A stretch of DNA of 64,000 bases from an uncultured Bacteroidales bacterium (lineage in GTDB: Bacteria; Bacteroidota; Bacteroidia; Bacteroidales; BM520): the NCBI GenBank assembly GCA_964474455.1, contig CAYYSU010000003.1, forward strand, positions 22,999 to 86,998, given 5' to 3'. The position numbers were made by a program, and so were the translations under genes. The notes beneath the pieces are model-generated. The model did no database searches and was not told the origin of the DNA. It saw only the letters and a list, made by a program, of their open reading frames with translations. This document shows, one piece after another, positions 38,856 through 50,035 of the stretch (the stretch's first letter is position 1; each line of letters opens with the position of its first letter).

Positions 38856-40919
38856 ATGAGTTTTACACATCCGGCATATCTTTGGGGATTAATGGCGTTG
38901 GCCATACCCATTATAATACATCTTTTTAACTTTAAGAGGTTTAAGAAGGTCTGGTTTACCAATGTAAAACTGATACGCCAACTTAGTGAAGAGACCCGCA
39001 GGCAGTCGAAGCTAAGGCATCTTATAATATTGCTGCTCAGATTATTGGCAATTGCCGCCTTGGTAATGATTTTCGCCGGCCCATTTATTCCAAATAAAGA
39101 TATGGGAGCCTCCGGCGGTGAGAAAAAACTGGTCTCCATATATCTTGATAACTCATTCAGTATGGAGATGAGGGATTCGGAAAACGTACTGTTGGAAACA
39201 GCCAAGAATATGATTCCCGACATCACAGGATCCTTTACCGGAGAAGATGTTTTCAGGTTTATTACCAACGACATGAAATCGGAGCACAACCACCTTATGT
39301 CGGCTGAGGAGGTTGTGGAACATGCCTCAAAGACGCAACTATCACCCACATCTGTGGCGTTGTCAGTTGTTCTTGACCGGTTTCGTGAGGTGCCGCAGGA
39401 TGCAGCATATCTGCATCAGGAGATCTTTGTTCTCAGCGACATGCAGCGTTCTACCATGGATCTAAAATCCCTCGAAAAAGACTCCACCACCAAGGTACGC
39501 ATCATAACACTGGAGGCGGAGAATCATAATAACATTTATACCGACAGCTGCTGGTTTGAAAATCCTGTTCACCTTGTGGGTAAGACGCTAAAAATGAATG
39601 TCAGAATAGTTAACAACTCTGATAAAACCATTGAGAAAGCACCGGTGCGACTGCTCATAGATAAAAAGCAAAAAGCTCTTACCACCATTAACCTTCCGGC
39701 AAGCGGCAGCGCCACTACGCAGTTCGTGTATATAGAAAACACTCCCGGAACCAAAAAAGCTGAAGTAGTAATTACAGACTTCCCCGTGACCTACGACGAC
39801 AGCTATTTCTTTACCTATGATGTCATACAAAATGTGTCTGTTCTTCTTGTAAATGGCACCCAGGAGAACAGGTATCTCAAAACACTTTTTAGCAGCGACA
39901 GCACATTTCATTTGACCAACATCTCTGCAGGTCAGCTCTCTCCCACCCTTGTCGCCGCGAATGACCTTATCATTTTTAACGAATCCGGCGATCCGGGAAG
40001 CGGCATGGCATCCGAGCTTTTCAAGCACTGTTCAACAGGAAAGGGAGTTGTTATCATCCCAGGGCAGGATCAGGATCAACCAAGCCTTGCCCAGGTATTC
40101 CAGCTTAATTCGCTGTCATCACCCGACACTGGGAGGATCCGCGTGAGTGAGATACAAACCAGATCGTCATTTTTTGATAATGTTTTTAATATTGATGAAT
40201 TAGATAATAAAATTTTGCCGGCAAAAACGGATTTCCCTATTATAAAAAGGTATTATCGCCAAAACGCAAGTGCCCAAAGCGACGAGTCGCTGATGTCCAT
40301 GGCCAATGGAGAGTCCTTTCTCATGCGAAAGAAAATTGGAGGAGGATGGGTCTATCGTTTTAATTGTGAGATGGATGAAAAGCGTGGCAATTTTGTTCAC
40401 CATGCCCTCTTTGTACCCGTTTTCTATCGTATGGCATATCTTAGCCTGCCGCAGGCAAAGCATGCTGTCACCATAGGAACGGATACACATATAAGTGTAA
40501 CAACCAATAATATAGATCCTGAAGGCTCGGAGATATCATCGGAAAATGGTGATTTTATGTTCATCCCGGGAATCGAAAGAAGAGGCAGCTCCACACTATT
40601 TCAATTTTACGGAAATATTACAGAGGCAGGATTTTATACTATCTCGCAGAAAAAAACCGTTGTTGAGAACAATATTCATGAATTTGCTGCCAATTACAAT
40701 CGCAAAGAGAGTGATTTAAGCTATTACACTACCGATGAAGCAGAAGCGATTCTTGATGAGCTGAATATGGAGAATATCACCATCCTGCAAACTCCTCCTG
40801 ACAAGCTGCATGACGCCCTGAAAACGCTTAATCACGGGCGGCAGTTATGGCGATATTTTGTATATTTATGCCTTCTGTTTTTACTGGCAGAAGTGATTTT
40901 ATTACGTATTTGGAAATAA
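38856..40919 (+). CDS. BatA-domain (aerotolerance N-terminal) membrane protein with vWA-like region
   Basis: MSFTHPAYLWGL.AL.IPIIIHLFNF, LLLRLLAIAAL..FA.P, YLDNSFSM, VLSDMQ, C-terminal LWRY...L.LLFLLAE..LLR. Confidence 0.88.
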   Translation: MSFTHPAYLWGLMALAIPIIIHLFNFKRFKKVWFTNVKLIRQLSEETRRQSKLRHLIILLLRLLAIAALVMIFAGPFIPNKDMGASGGEKKLVSIYLDNSFSMEMRDSENVLLETAKNMIPDITGSFTGEDVFRFITNDMKSEHNHLMSAEEVVEHASKTQLSPTSVALSVVLDRFREVPQDAAYLHQEIFVLSDMQRSTMDLKSLEKDSTTKVRIITLEAENHNNIYTDSCWFENPVHLVGKTLKMNVRIVNNSDKTIEKAPVRLLIDKKQKALTTINLPASGSATTQFVYIENTPGTKKAEVVITDFPVTYDDSYFFTYDVIQNVSVLLVNGTQENRYLKTLFSSDSTFHLTNISAGQLSPTLVAANDLIIFNESGDPGSGMASELFKHCSTGKGVVIIPGQDQDQPSLAQVFQLNSLSSPDTGRIRVSEIQTRSSFFDNVFNIDELDNKILPAKTDFPIIKRYYRQNASAQSDESLMSMANGESFLMRKKIGGGWVYRFNCEMDEKRGNFVHHALFVPVFYRMAYLSLPQAKHAVTIGTDTHISVTTNNIDPEGSEISSENGDFMFIPGIERRGSSTLFQFYGNITEAGFYTISQKKTVVENNIHEFAANYNRKESDLSYYTTDEAEAILDELNMENITILQTPPDKLHDALKTLNHGRQLWRYFVYLCLLFLLAEVILLRIWK

Positions 40920-40948
40920 AAATAAGCATTGGAAAAGTCAAAATATAG

Positions 40949-43768
40949 ATGAAAGACAACGAAGAAGTACGGGAAGACCAATATAACGAAGATCCACAAG
41001 AGAATAATATTCACGATAGTTATCAGGATGAGTCACAGGAAGGCAAAACCATCCAGCTTGACGGGATGTACAAGAACTGGTTTCTGGATTATGCCTCGTA
41101 TGTTATTCTGGAAAGAGCTGTACCGGGTATTGATGACGGTGTAAAACCTGTGCAACGCCGCATCATGCACTCAATGCAGGAGCTTGATGACGGCAGGTAC
41201 AACAAGGTGGCCAACCTAGTAGGTAACACCATGAAATATCACCCCCATGGTGACGCATCCATTGGTGATGCCATGGTGCAACTGGGGCAGAAGGATATCA
41301 TCATTGACACACAGGGTAACTGGGGCAATATCCTTACCGGCGATGGTGCTGCCGCTCCACGATATATCGAAGCCCGACTATCAAAATTCGCCAAAGAGGT
41401 GGCCTTTAACCCAAAAACTACCAAATGGAAGCTTTCATATGATGGACGCAACAAAGAACCCATCGCTCTGCCGATAAAATTTCCGCTGTTATTGGCACAA
41501 GGCGTAGAAGGTATCGCCGTAGGTCTGGCATCAAAAATCCTTCCCCACAACTTCATAGAGCTCATCGAAGCATCCATTAACATACTTAAAAACAAACCTT
41601 TTGAGCTCCTCCCCGACTTCCCCACAGGAGGATTTGCTGATTTCTCCAAATACAACGACGGGCTGCGGGGCGGAAAGGTGCGCGTGAGAGCCAAAATTAA
41701 AAAACTTGATAAAAAGACTCTAGTAATAGAGGAGATACCTTTTGGCACAAATACATCATCGCTGATCGAATCCATTATCGCGGCTAACGAAAAAGGTAAA
41801 ATTAAGATAAAAAAAATAGATGATAACACAGCTGCCGAAGTGGAGATATTAATACATCTGGCTGCGAATGTTTCACCCGATAAAACCATAGATGCCTTAT
41901 ATGCCTTTACAAATTGTGAGTTGTCAATTTCACCCAATGCATGTGTTATCAGGGATGACAAACCCTGTTTTATTGGAGTCAGCGAGATCTTAAACCATAA
42001 TACTGAGCAGACTGTAAAGCTGTTAAAAATGGAGCTGGAGATCCGCAGAGACGAACTGCTGGAGCAAATACTTTTTAGCTCTTTGGTAAAAATATTTATT
42101 GAAAATAAAATATATCGTAAAATAGAAAAATGTACCACATGGGAGTCGGTAATAGAAGCAATTGATCAGGGTCTGGATCCATTTAAACCTTCTTTCTATC
42201 GGGAAATAACCCGTGACGATATTGTTAAGCTTACCGAGATTAAGATTAAGCGTATCTCAAAATATGATGCACTGAAGGCTGATGAGGTAATGAAGGGATA
42301 TGAAGATGAACTGGATAAAGTAAAACACCACCTTGAGAACCTGATAGATTATGCAATAGCATGGTATGAGCACATTCTTGAAAAATATGGTAAGGACCGT
42401 GAACGCAAAACAGAGATCCGAAACTTCGATAACATCGATGCCACTCGCGTGGTAGCATCAAATGCCAAGTTGTATGTAAACCGTGAGGAGGGATTTGCCG
42501 GAACCTCCCTGAAGAAGGACGAGTACGTATGCGAATGCTCGGATATTGACGATATTATAGTGTTTCATGCCGACGGAACTTTTAAGGTCGTAAAGGTTGC
42601 AGAAAAAGTCTATGTGGGTGATAATATCATTCATATAGATATTTTTATGAAAAATGATGACCGCACAGTATATAATATGGTCTATGCCGACGGAAGAGGC
42701 GGAAATGTATATGTCAAACGATTCTCGGTTTTGGGTGTAACAAGAGACAAGGAGTATGACCTGACAACCGGCAAAACGGGATCCAGAGTGTTGTATTTCA
42801 CGGCAAACCCAAATGGAGAGGCTGAAGTAATAAAGGTCAACCTCAGACCAAAAGCGCGTTTGAAAATTCAAAGTTTCGAGTTTGACTTTAGCTCTCTGGC
42901 AATTAAAGGACGAGGGTCAAAGGGAAATATACTTACTAAACATGCCGTAAGAAAAATCAATATTAAAGAAGAAGGTATCTCTACTCTTGGCGCCATTGAC
43001 ATCTGGTATGACGATTCAGTAAACAGAATTAATCTTGACGAACGCGGAAGATATATTGGGGCTTTCAGCTCTGATGAAAAAATAGTTGCAATACTTGACG
43101 ATGGAACATGCAAGATTCATGGTTACGATATTAGTACCCACTTTGCCGACAACCTGAAACATGTTTTCAAACACGATCCGGAGAGTGTTTTTACCATTAT
43201 ATATTATAATGGCGAAAAAGAGTCATATTACATTAAGAGGTTCAACATTGATATTTCTGATAACGACACCAAACTAATCGGTGATCATATGGATTCACGC
43301 ATGGTGACATTCATTAAAGAACAACATCCGCGAATAGCCCTTATTCATAAAGAGTTAGAAGACTCACGAGCTGCACATTATGATGAGATGGTGCTGGCAA
43401 CAGAATTCATCGATGTAAAGGGAATAAAAGCCAAAGGCAAACGTTTGACAACGCACGAACTGGACGATATTATACTGCTTGCTTCCTGGAAAAAAGATCT
43501 TAGCGAACCTGACGTTGAGGAAGAGGATACATCTGAGAAGGTTGACAAAACAGCTGAAGATGAGGAAGGTAAAGAGTCTGTTGGAACAAAGAAAAAAGAA
43601 AAAACTCCAGTGGAAGCTGAGCAAAAGAAAAAAAATATAAAGGGAAATATACCTGAAAAAACTGAGGATCAGGAGATAGAATTAACAATCACAAACAGTG
43701 AAGACGTAAACATCACTGATGAAGAAGATGATGGTAAAGATTCTGAAGGTCAGATGTTGTTGTTTTAA
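40949..43768 (+). CDS. parC: DNA topoisomerase IV subunit A (GyrA/ParC family)
   Basis: RAVP.IDDG.KPVQRRI, YHPHGD, catalytic AAAPRYIEARL, PDFPTGG; long C-terminal region with a charged tail. No B subunit in the window. Confidence 0.9.
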   Translation: MKDNEEVREDQYNEDPQENNIHDSYQDESQEGKTIQLDGMYKNWFLDYASYVILERAVPGIDDGVKPVQRRIMHSMQELDDGRYNKVANLVGNTMKYHPHGDASIGDAMVQLGQKDIIIDTQGNWGNILTGDGAAAPRYIEARLSKFAKEVAFNPKTTKWKLSYDGRNKEPIALPIKFPLLLAQGVEGIAVGLASKILPHNFIELIEASINILKNKPFELLPDFPTGGFADFSKYNDGLRGGKVRVRAKIKKLDKKTLVIEEIPFGTNTSSLIESIIAANEKGKIKIKKIDDNTAAEVEILIHLAANVSPDKTIDALYAFTNCELSISPNACVIRDDKPCFIGVSEILNHNTEQTVKLLKMELEIRRDELLEQILFSSLVKIFIENKIYRKIEKCTTWESVIEAIDQGLDPFKPSFYREITRDDIVKLTEIKIKRISKYDALKADEVMKGYEDELDKVKHHLENLIDYAIAWYEHILEKYGKDRERKTEIRNFDNIDATRVVASNAKLYVNREEGFAGTSLKKDEYVCECSDIDDIIVFHADGTFKVVKVAEKVYVGDNIIHIDIFMKNDDRTVYNMVYADGRGGNVYVKRFSVLGVTRDKEYDLTTGKTGSRVLYFTANPNGEAEVIKVNLRPKARLKIQSFEFDFSSLAIKGRGSKGNILTKHAVRKINIKEEGISTLGAIDIWYDDSVNRINLDERGRYIGAFSSDEKIVAILDDGTCKIHGYDISTHFADNLKHVFKHDPESVFTIIYYNGEKESYYIKRFNIDISDNDTKLIGDHMDSRMVTFIKEQHPRIALIHKELEDSRAAHYDEMVLATEFIDVKGIKAKGKRLTTHELDDIILLASWKKDLSEPDVEEEDTSEKVDKTAEDEEGKESVGTKKKEKTPVEAEQKKKNIKGNIPEKTEDQEIELTITNSEDVNITDEEDDGKDSEGQMLLF

Positions 43769-43779
43769 CTTTGATATGA

Positions 43780-43989
43780 TCAGCGAACATCTATTTGAGT
43801 CAGCATTCCGCAATCTAATTCATTAATTGCCTTCAGCACTCTTTTCCTTTTACGTTTTTTAAGCCCAAAATTCTTCAGTGATTCCTGAACGTTATTGGTG
43901 GTAAAATATGCAAGTAAGGTCATGTTTTCATCTCGTAGCTGTACGAAATCAGGCATACTCTTAGTGCCTTTAATTTTTAAGAGATACAT
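43780..43989 (-). CDS. Small hypothetical protein, 69 aa
   Basis: MYLLKIKGTKSMPDFVQLRDENMTLLAYF...; the longer track ORF (to 44175) would overlap sfsA, so the start is set at ATG 43989. Resembles a small conserved Bacteroidota family as I recall it. Confidence 0.6.
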   Translation of the reverse strand: MYLLKIKGTKSMPDFVQLRDENMTLLAYFTTNNVQESLKNFGLKKRKRKRVLKAINELDCGMLTQIDVR

Positions 43990-44073
43990 AATAAAAGCTT
44001 TGATTAATAACTGTCGGATAAATATACTCATTTTAAACCACTTAATTACGGTTACCGAAGAAAAAACATAAAT

Positions 44074-44778
44074 ATGATTTTCAAAGATGCACTGATACAC
44101 GGCACGCTGAGGCGCCGATATAAAAGATTCTTGACGGATGTTATTCTTGATAATGGCGAAGAAGTTGTTGCACATTGCACAAACTCCGGCAGCATGAAAT
44201 CATGCCTTGAGGTTGGCGCAGAGGTTTACCTCTCCCCCGTTAATGATCCCAAACGAAAAACGAAATTCACCTGGGAGATGATTAAAATCAATGGCGCCTG
44301 GGTTGGCATAAATACCTCTAATCCCAACAAACTGGCCTTTGAGGGAGTATCAAATGGCATAATTCCGGGGTTGGAAGGATACACTACAGTAAAACGTGAA
44401 GTAAAATATGACGATAGTCGTTTTGATGTTTATGCTGAGAATGACAAAGAGAAGTGCTTTATTGAGGTAAAGAATGTCACCTATAAAGAGGGTGATTATG
44501 CACTCTTTCCGGATGCCGTCACTTCACGCGGGTTAAAACATCTCAAAACGCTACAAAAAGTAAAAGCTGAGGGTTATCGAGCTGTAATGCTCTACATCAT
44601 TCAGCGAACGGATATTGACAAATACGACACAGCAAAGGAGATAGATCCTGCATATGCGCAAGAATTACTTGAAGCAGAAAAAAATGGCGTTGAAGTAATT
44701 CCTGTTATGGCAGAGGTGTCACCCACCAGCATTGAGATTACGAAAGCGATTCCATGGGTTAAAAGGTATGGGATATAA
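44074..44778 (+). CDS. sfsA: DNA/RNA nuclease SfsA
   Basis: RRYKRFL, HCTNSGSM, SRFD, EVKNVT, FPDAVTSRGLKHL. Confidence 0.95.
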   Translation: MIFKDALIHGTLRRRYKRFLTDVILDNGEEVVAHCTNSGSMKSCLEVGAEVYLSPVNDPKRKTKFTWEMIKINGAWVGINTSNPNKLAFEGVSNGIIPGLEGYTTVKREVKYDDSRFDVYAENDKEKCFIEVKNVTYKEGDYALFPDAVTSRGLKHLKTLQKVKAEGYRAVMLYIIQRTDIDKYDTAKEIDPAYAQELLEAEKNGVEVIPVMAEVSPTSIEITKAIPWVKRYGI

Positions 44779-44792
44779 GATAGATTTAATTT

Positions 44793-45365
44793 TTATACTA
44801 ATCCGGAGAATCCCATAAAGGCAAGTGCCAGGATACCTGCTACCACGAGAGCGATAGGGACACCTTTCATACCTTTAGGAACGTCCATGTTGTCGAGATG
44901 CTCTCGTATGCCGGCGAAAACGATCATTGCTAAACCAAAACCTATGGCATTCGCTATGGCGAAAACAACGCCTTCGCCCAGGTTAAGATCTTTCTGGATG
45001 GTAAGAATTGCCACACCAAGAACGGCACAATTTGTTGTTATCAGCGGCAGAAATATTCCCAGCGCCTGATATAGTGACGGGCTGGCTTTCTTGAGCACTA
45101 TCTCCACCATCTGCACCAGAGAGGCAATTACCAGGATAAAGGATATTGTTTGCAGGAATCCCAGATTCAGGGGGTCTAGTACATATTGTTGTATAAGCCA
45201 TGTTACAATTGTTGCCAGGGTCATCACAAAGAGTACGGCACCGGCCATCCCTGCTGATGTCTCTACCTTTTTTGATACACCCAGGAAGGGGCATATACCC
45301 AAGAACTGCGCAAGGACAATATTATTTACAAATATTGCAGATATCAGAATGATTAAATATTGCAT
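44793..45365 (-). CDS. rnfA: Rnf complex subunit A
   Basis: FVNNIVL.QFLGICPFLGVSKK, LGIFLPLITTNCAVLG. Confidence 0.95.
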   Translation of the reverse strand: MQYLIILISAIFVNNIVLAQFLGICPFLGVSKKVETSAGMAGAVLFVMTLATIVTWLIQQYVLDPLNLGFLQTISFILVIASLVQMVEIVLKKASPSLYQALGIFLPLITTNCAVLGVAILTIQKDLNLGEGVVFAIANAIGFGLAMIVFAGIREHLDNMDVPKGMKGVPIALVVAGILALAFMGFSGLV

Positions 45366-45383
45366 AACTCGTTGTTTTTAAGG

Positions 45384-45971
45384 TTAAGCGTCTTTGTTTG
45401 TAATCCTGTTCATTAAAGCTATCAGATACCCCAGCGCAAGGAAGGCACCCGGAGCAAGTATAAATACCAGCATTCCGTCTCCGGCAAGAAACTTCATTCC
45501 GAAGAAAGAACCACTTCCAAGCATCTCGCGTACAGCACCCAGAAGAGTGAGGGCAAAAGCAAAACCGAACCCCATACCCAGGCCATCAATTATCGATGAC
45601 AAGATATTATTCTTTGAAGCAAATGCTTCTGCGCGTCCAAGAACGATACAATTTACTACGATAAGTGGGATAAAAAGCCCAAGCTGCGCATGCAGTGGCG
45701 GAAGATATGCCGCCATAGCGAGATCCACGATTGTTACAAATGAGGCTATTATCACGATAAAAACAGGGATACGAACCTTATCAGGGACCAGGCTTTTGAC
45801 AAGAGATATAACCAGATTCGACATCACAAGCACGAAGGTAGTCGCCAGTCCCATTCCAAGGCCGTTTATCGCCGATGTGGTAACGCCAAGTGTGGGACAC
45901 ATACCCAATAGGAGTACAAAAACAGGGTTCTCCTTAATAAATCCTTTGGTAAAATTCTTCATTTGGTTCAT
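45384..45971 (-). CDS. rnfE: Rnf complex subunit E
   Basis: [46 protein letters not shown]. Confidence 0.95.
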   Translation of the reverse strand: MNQMKNFTKGFIKENPVFVLLLGMCPTLGVTTSAINGLGMGLATTFVLVMSNLVISLVKSLVPDKVRIPVFIVIIASFVTIVDLAMAAYLPPLHAQLGLFIPLIVVNCIVLGRAEAFASKNNILSSIIDGLGMGFGFAFALTLLGAVREMLGSGSFFGMKFLAGDGMLVFILAPGAFLALGYLIALMNRITNKDA

Positions 45972-46549
45972 TAATTACCTCCTTTTGCTTTAAAAGTCTC
46001 CCACGCACGATTTGTGGCATCGCAGAATGCTCGTGAGCTTATTGTTGCTGCTGTAATTGCATCTACAGAACCACCATTTTTAGTAACTTCAAGTTTAAAA
46101 TCTTTTGGATCTTGACCTTGAAACTGGGCAGAGAAACTCGACTTGTCAGGTTCCATTTTATCACCAAGGCCTGGCGTCTCCTTATGTTCCAGAACCGCAG
46201 TATTATATATCTTACCATCGGGGGTAAAGCCTACCATAATAGAGATTCGTCCGGAGAAACCTTTGTCGGTGTATGTTTTCACTGCTGTTCCTACTACTAT
46301 GTCATCCTTCTTTGCAGTATAGAATATCAGAGGATCTTTGCCGTTTTCAGGCATCACCTCTGTTTCGTCATATTCATCAAATTCAGGAACAACATTTTTA
46401 ATAGCGGATTTTAACTTTTCAGCTTTTGCTGTTTCGATGGGCTCTTTGGTAGCAGAATACACTGCGCCAAGAGCGAGTGCTGCCACCGCTGTTACCACCA
46501 ACAGTACCAACACCATATTTATGAATGATGATTTTAATTTTTTAGCCAT
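45971..46549 (-). CDS. rnfG: Rnf complex subunit G
   Basis: N-terminal TM helix, GFSG.I, ETPGLG, FMN site [11 protein letters not shown]. Confidence 0.95.
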   Translation of the reverse strand: MAKKLKSSFINMVLVLLVVTAVAALALGAVYSATKEPIETAKAEKLKSAIKNVVPEFDEYDETEVMPENGKDPLIFYTAKKDDIVVGTAVKTYTDKGFSGRISIMVGFTPDGKIYNTAVLEHKETPGLGDKMEPDKSSFSAQFQGQDPKDFKLEVTKNGGSVDAITAATISSRAFCDATNRAWETFKAKGGN

Positions 46550-47540
46550 GTTTCACGACCTCCCCAAAAAGTTTTGGTTTAAATGCTCTGTCGATCAGAG
46601 GAACGAAGGCATTCATAATAAGAATAGCGAACGACACGCCTTCAGGATAGGCGCCCCAAATGCGGATCAGGATGGTAAGGACACCACCACCGATGCCGAA
46701 GATTATTTTTCCTGTACGGCTCATTGGCGATGTCACCATATCGGTAGCCATAAAAATAGCTCCCAGCATCATACCACCGGTAAGAAGATGGAATTCAGGG
46801 TCTGCATAATAGGTAGGGTCTATCAACCAGAAGATACCTGATAGCAATGCTGCTGAGCCAAGGAATGCCACAGGTATTTCCCATGTAATAATTTTTCTTA
46901 TTAGCATATATATTCCGCCAATAATAAGAGCTAGAGCTGACACTTCACCCAGGGATCCGCCCATACTACCCAGAAAGTAGTCCATATAATCATGATTCAC
47001 AATAATATCATTTTCAGCAAGGCGGCTAAGTGGTGTAGGGCCAGTTATTGCATCCATCATCGACTCGTCAACGCCACTAAAGAACAGCTTAGAACGAGAT
47101 ACTATTGCTTTTGGCCATGTAGTCATCTGAACAGGAAATGATACCAGAAGGAATACGCGTCCCACCAATGCCGGATTAAAGATATTTTTTCCCAATCCAC
47201 CAAACGACATTTTTGTGACGCCTATCGCTACCAGTGCACCAATGATAATCATATACCACGGCAGGCTGCAAGGAATATTTAAAGCCAACAGAATACCTGT
47301 GAGCATTGCAGAATAGTCGTGAAGGGTGTTTTCTCCTTTGATGAGATACTTCTGAATAAGAAATTCAAAAAGCATTGACGCTCCTATTGCGATTACCAAT
47401 ACTCTAAAAGCTCCCAATCCAAAGAAGTACAGAGAAACCAGCACGGCAGGTAGTAATGCGATAATTACACCGAGCATGATTTTTGATACTGATTGACCTC
47501 CGTGAACATGTGGAGAGCCACTAACTTTAAGTAAATTCAT
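46542..47540 (-). CDS. rnfD: Rnf complex subunit D
   Basis: SPHVH, FGGLGKNIFNPALVGR, FMN site DAITGPTPL, GSLGEVSA, FMATDMVTSP, YPEGVSFAIL.MN. Confidence 0.95.
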   Translation of the reverse strand: MNLLKVSGSPHVHGGQSVSKIMLGVIIALLPAVLVSLYFFGLGAFRVLVIAIGASMLFEFLIQKYLIKGENTLHDYSAMLTGILLALNIPCSLPWYMIIIGALVAIGVTKMSFGGLGKNIFNPALVGRVFLLVSFPVQMTTWPKAIVSRSKLFFSGVDESMMDAITGPTPLSRLAENDIIVNHDYMDYFLGSMGGSLGEVSALALIIGGIYMLIRKIITWEIPVAFLGSAALLSGIFWLIDPTYYADPEFHLLTGGMMLGAIFMATDMVTSPMSRTGKIIFGIGGGVLTILIRIWGAYPEGVSFAILIMNAFVPLIDRAFKPKLFGEVVKHG

Positions 47541-47543
47541 ATC

Positions 47544-48875
47544 CTATTTTTTTCCTCTGTTTCGAATTATTTGACCCACAGTTTGCTTACCCAGGCGTAT
47601 ATAATCCAACAATGGACGTGCTGAAGGGCAAATAAACTGGCAAGAGCCACACTCAATGCAATCCATAACATGTGCTTTTTCAGTCTCTTCCCATTTTTGA
47701 TGACTCGCTACCAGTGAAATATGATATGGCAGAAGCCCCATAGGACATACACTGACACATTTACCACACCTGATACATGTCATAGGGGTATGGCGCAAAC
47801 TCTCTTTTTCCTGCATGATCAGGATTCCTGAGGAGCCTTTGGTTACGGGTATATCGGTATCAGTAATAGCTTTTCCCATCATAGGGCCTCCATTAATAAC
47901 CTTACCCGTATCAGCGGGGAGTCCGCCGGCTTTCTCTATGAGTTCGCCAATGGGTGTACCCACACGAACCAGCAAGTTGGAAGGTTTGGAAACTGACTTC
48001 CCTGTTACCGTGACTACTCTTTCGAAGAGAGGTTTGTTTTTTTGTACGGCTTCATACACTGCCAGGGCGGTACCGGAATTATTCACTACGGCGCCAACTT
48101 CAAGGGGGAGTTTTCCGCTTGGCACTTCACGATTTATCAAGGCTTTAATAAGTTGTTTCTCGGCACCCTGAGGATATTTAACCTTCAGAGGATGTATTGT
48201 TATACCCGGGAAGTTCTTGGCCAGATTAGTAAGGCTTTCAATGGCGTCAGGTTTATTGTTTTCAATCCCTACCATTGCTTTATCAACCTCTAGAGCTTTC
48301 ATCAAAATCTCTACTCCTATGAGTAACTCCTCACCTCTTTCGAGCATTATCCTGTGGTCGGAAGTAAGATATGGTTCACACTCTACACCATTAATAAGTA
48401 ACACATCACATTTTTTTCCTCCGGGAACCATCAACTTCACGTGACCTGGAAAGGTGGCGCCACCAAGACCCACGACACCCATATCTTTAACACGCGATAC
48501 TATTTCCTCTTTAGAGAGAGTGATTTCTTTTTTGATGTCAGGTGATCGATCTATTGATTCTTCCCATTCATCACCTTCAACATCAATAATCACCATCTGG
48601 CGTTTATATCCGGAGGTATCTATCCAGTTGTCTATTTTCGCAACTTTTCCTGATACTGAAGAATGTATATTTGCAGAGATAAATGCCTCCCCTTTTGCCA
48701 GTAGTGTTCCTGTTTTTACCATATCGCCCCGTTTCACTATTACCGTAGCCGGGACGCCCAGGTGTTGCGATACGGGGATATATGCTTTTTTTGGTATTGG
48801 CATCACCTCGATCGGTGCCTTGGCAGCGATTTTGTTTTCTGCGGGATGGACTCCTCCTTTAGCAAATGTTTTCAA
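47544..48875 (-). CDS. rnfC: Rnf complex subunit C
   Basis: GGVHP, QHLGVPA, GVVGLGGATFP, NGVECEPYLT.D, YPQGAEKQL, GGPMMG, two 4Fe-4S motifs CIRCGKCVSVCP and CIECGSCQFICP. Confidence 0.96.
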   Translation of the reverse strand: MKTFAKGGVHPAENKIAAKAPIEVMPIPKKAYIPVSQHLGVPATVIVKRGDMVKTGTLLAKGEAFISANIHSSVSGKVAKIDNWIDTSGYKRQMVIIDVEGDEWEESIDRSPDIKKEITLSKEEIVSRVKDMGVVGLGGATFPGHVKLMVPGGKKCDVLLINGVECEPYLTSDHRIMLERGEELLIGVEILMKALEVDKAMVGIENNKPDAIESLTNLAKNFPGITIHPLKVKYPQGAEKQLIKALINREVPSGKLPLEVGAVVNNSGTALAVYEAVQKNKPLFERVVTVTGKSVSKPSNLLVRVGTPIGELIEKAGGLPADTGKVINGGPMMGKAITDTDIPVTKGSSGILIMQEKESLRHTPMTCIRCGKCVSVCPMGLLPYHISLVASHQKWEETEKAHVMDCIECGSCQFICPSARPLLDYIRLGKQTVGQIIRNRGKK

Positions 48876-48923
48876 GGCGTATCTGTTTTTATTATTAGAA
48901 ATTATTTCATTTATAGTAGCGCG

Positions 48924-49787
48924 TTACGCTGTTACTGTTTCTTCCTGTTTTGGCACTTTTGGTTTCCTTGGAGGGAAATTCAACTCATGAATTGCTCCTG
49001 TGGGGCATTCCTCAACACACTTACGACAAAGCTTGCACTTTTCGTAATCTATGTATGCCAGGTTGTTTTTCAGCGTTATGGCATCGAAAGGGCACACCTT
49101 AACACATTTCCCGCATCCGATGCATGCCACGGTACAATTTTTCTTCGCCGGGGCACCTTTCTCGGTATTAACGCATGACACGAAGATTCTGCGATCTTTT
49201 TTGCCTTTGTTACGAAGCTCAATAATATTTCTTGGACATGCTTTTACACATGCGCCACAGGCAACACATTTCTCATGGCTAACAACCGGCAGACCTGTGT
49301 CTTCGTCGATCCAGATGGCGTCAAAAGCACATGAAACGACACAATCACCCAGTCCGAGACATCCGTTAGGGCAGCCACTTTCGCCGGCGTAAAGGTTGTT
49401 GGCAAAGGTGCAGCTTAGTGGTCCGTCGTAAGCAACCTTGCCAACAGCGTTGGCGGTGGAGCCATTACAACGTACCACTGCGATCTGTGGCTCCTTCTCT
49501 TCAGCAATGACCCCGATGGCCTCTGCCACCAAATTCATCACTTCAGAGCCACCCACAGGGCAGTTAAAACCTTCCAACGTTTTGGCTTTTACTATTGCTT
49601 CAGCAAAGGCTCTACAGCCAGCAAAGCCACATCCGCCACAGTTTGCTCCGGGAAGGATGTCATCTACAACATCAATTTTCGGGTCTTCAACGACCTTAAA
49701 TCTCTGTGCAATAAAATAGAGGATTACGGCAGCGGCAACTCCTATTGCTCCTAATGATACTACCGCATAAAGAATCACATTGTTCAC
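48924..49787 (-). CDS. rnfB: Rnf complex subunit B
   Basis: LPGANCGGCGFAGC, several ferredoxin motifs (CVACGACVKACP, CIGCGKCVKVCP, CKLCRKCVEECP). Start set at GTG 49787 because the track's ATG 49826 lies inside a -7 element. Confidence 0.93.
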   Translation of the reverse strand: MNNVILYAVVSLGAIGVAAAVILYFIAQRFKVVEDPKIDVVDDILPGANCGGCGFAGCRAFAEAIVKAKTLEGFNCPVGGSEVMNLVAEAIGVIAEEKEPQIAVVRCNGSTANAVGKVAYDGPLSCTFANNLYAGESGCPNGCLGLGDCVVSCAFDAIWIDEDTGLPVVSHEKCVACGACVKACPRNIIELRNKGKKDRRIFVSCVNTEKGAPAKKNCTVACIGCGKCVKVCPFDAITLKNNLAYIDYEKCKLCRKCVEECPTGAIHELNFPPRKPKVPKQEETVTA

Positions 49788-49823
49788 AATATAATTTTTT
49801 TTGGTATTGTTTTGATGGTGATA

Positions 49824-49831
49824 CAAATTTA
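49824..49831 (-). promoter_or_regulatory. -7 element TAAATTTG for the rnf operon
   Basis: Plus strand CAAATTTA; 36 nt upstream of the proposed GTG. Confidence 0.55.
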
Positions 49832-49926
49832 TAAAACCTCACGGATGAAGCATTATATATATGGCCATAATTACATCAAACTAATCAACTGTTAATCAAT
49901 TTGTTAACATATGTAATTGGTGGCAA

Positions 49927-49959
49927 TAAAAAAATCAGCAACCATAGGTTGCTGATTTT
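49927..49959 (-). terminator. Rho-independent terminator after the T9SS gene
   Basis: AAAATCAGCAACC-ATA-GGTTGCTGATTTT perfect stem; the A-run at 49927-49934 gives a U-tail on the minus strand. Confidence 0.85.
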
Positions 49960-50035
49960 CAGTTGTTTGGTATTTTTATTTAGATGAATTATAAATTGAC
50001 TACATGAGTAAATAATTCAAAGCCTAAGTGAGGTG

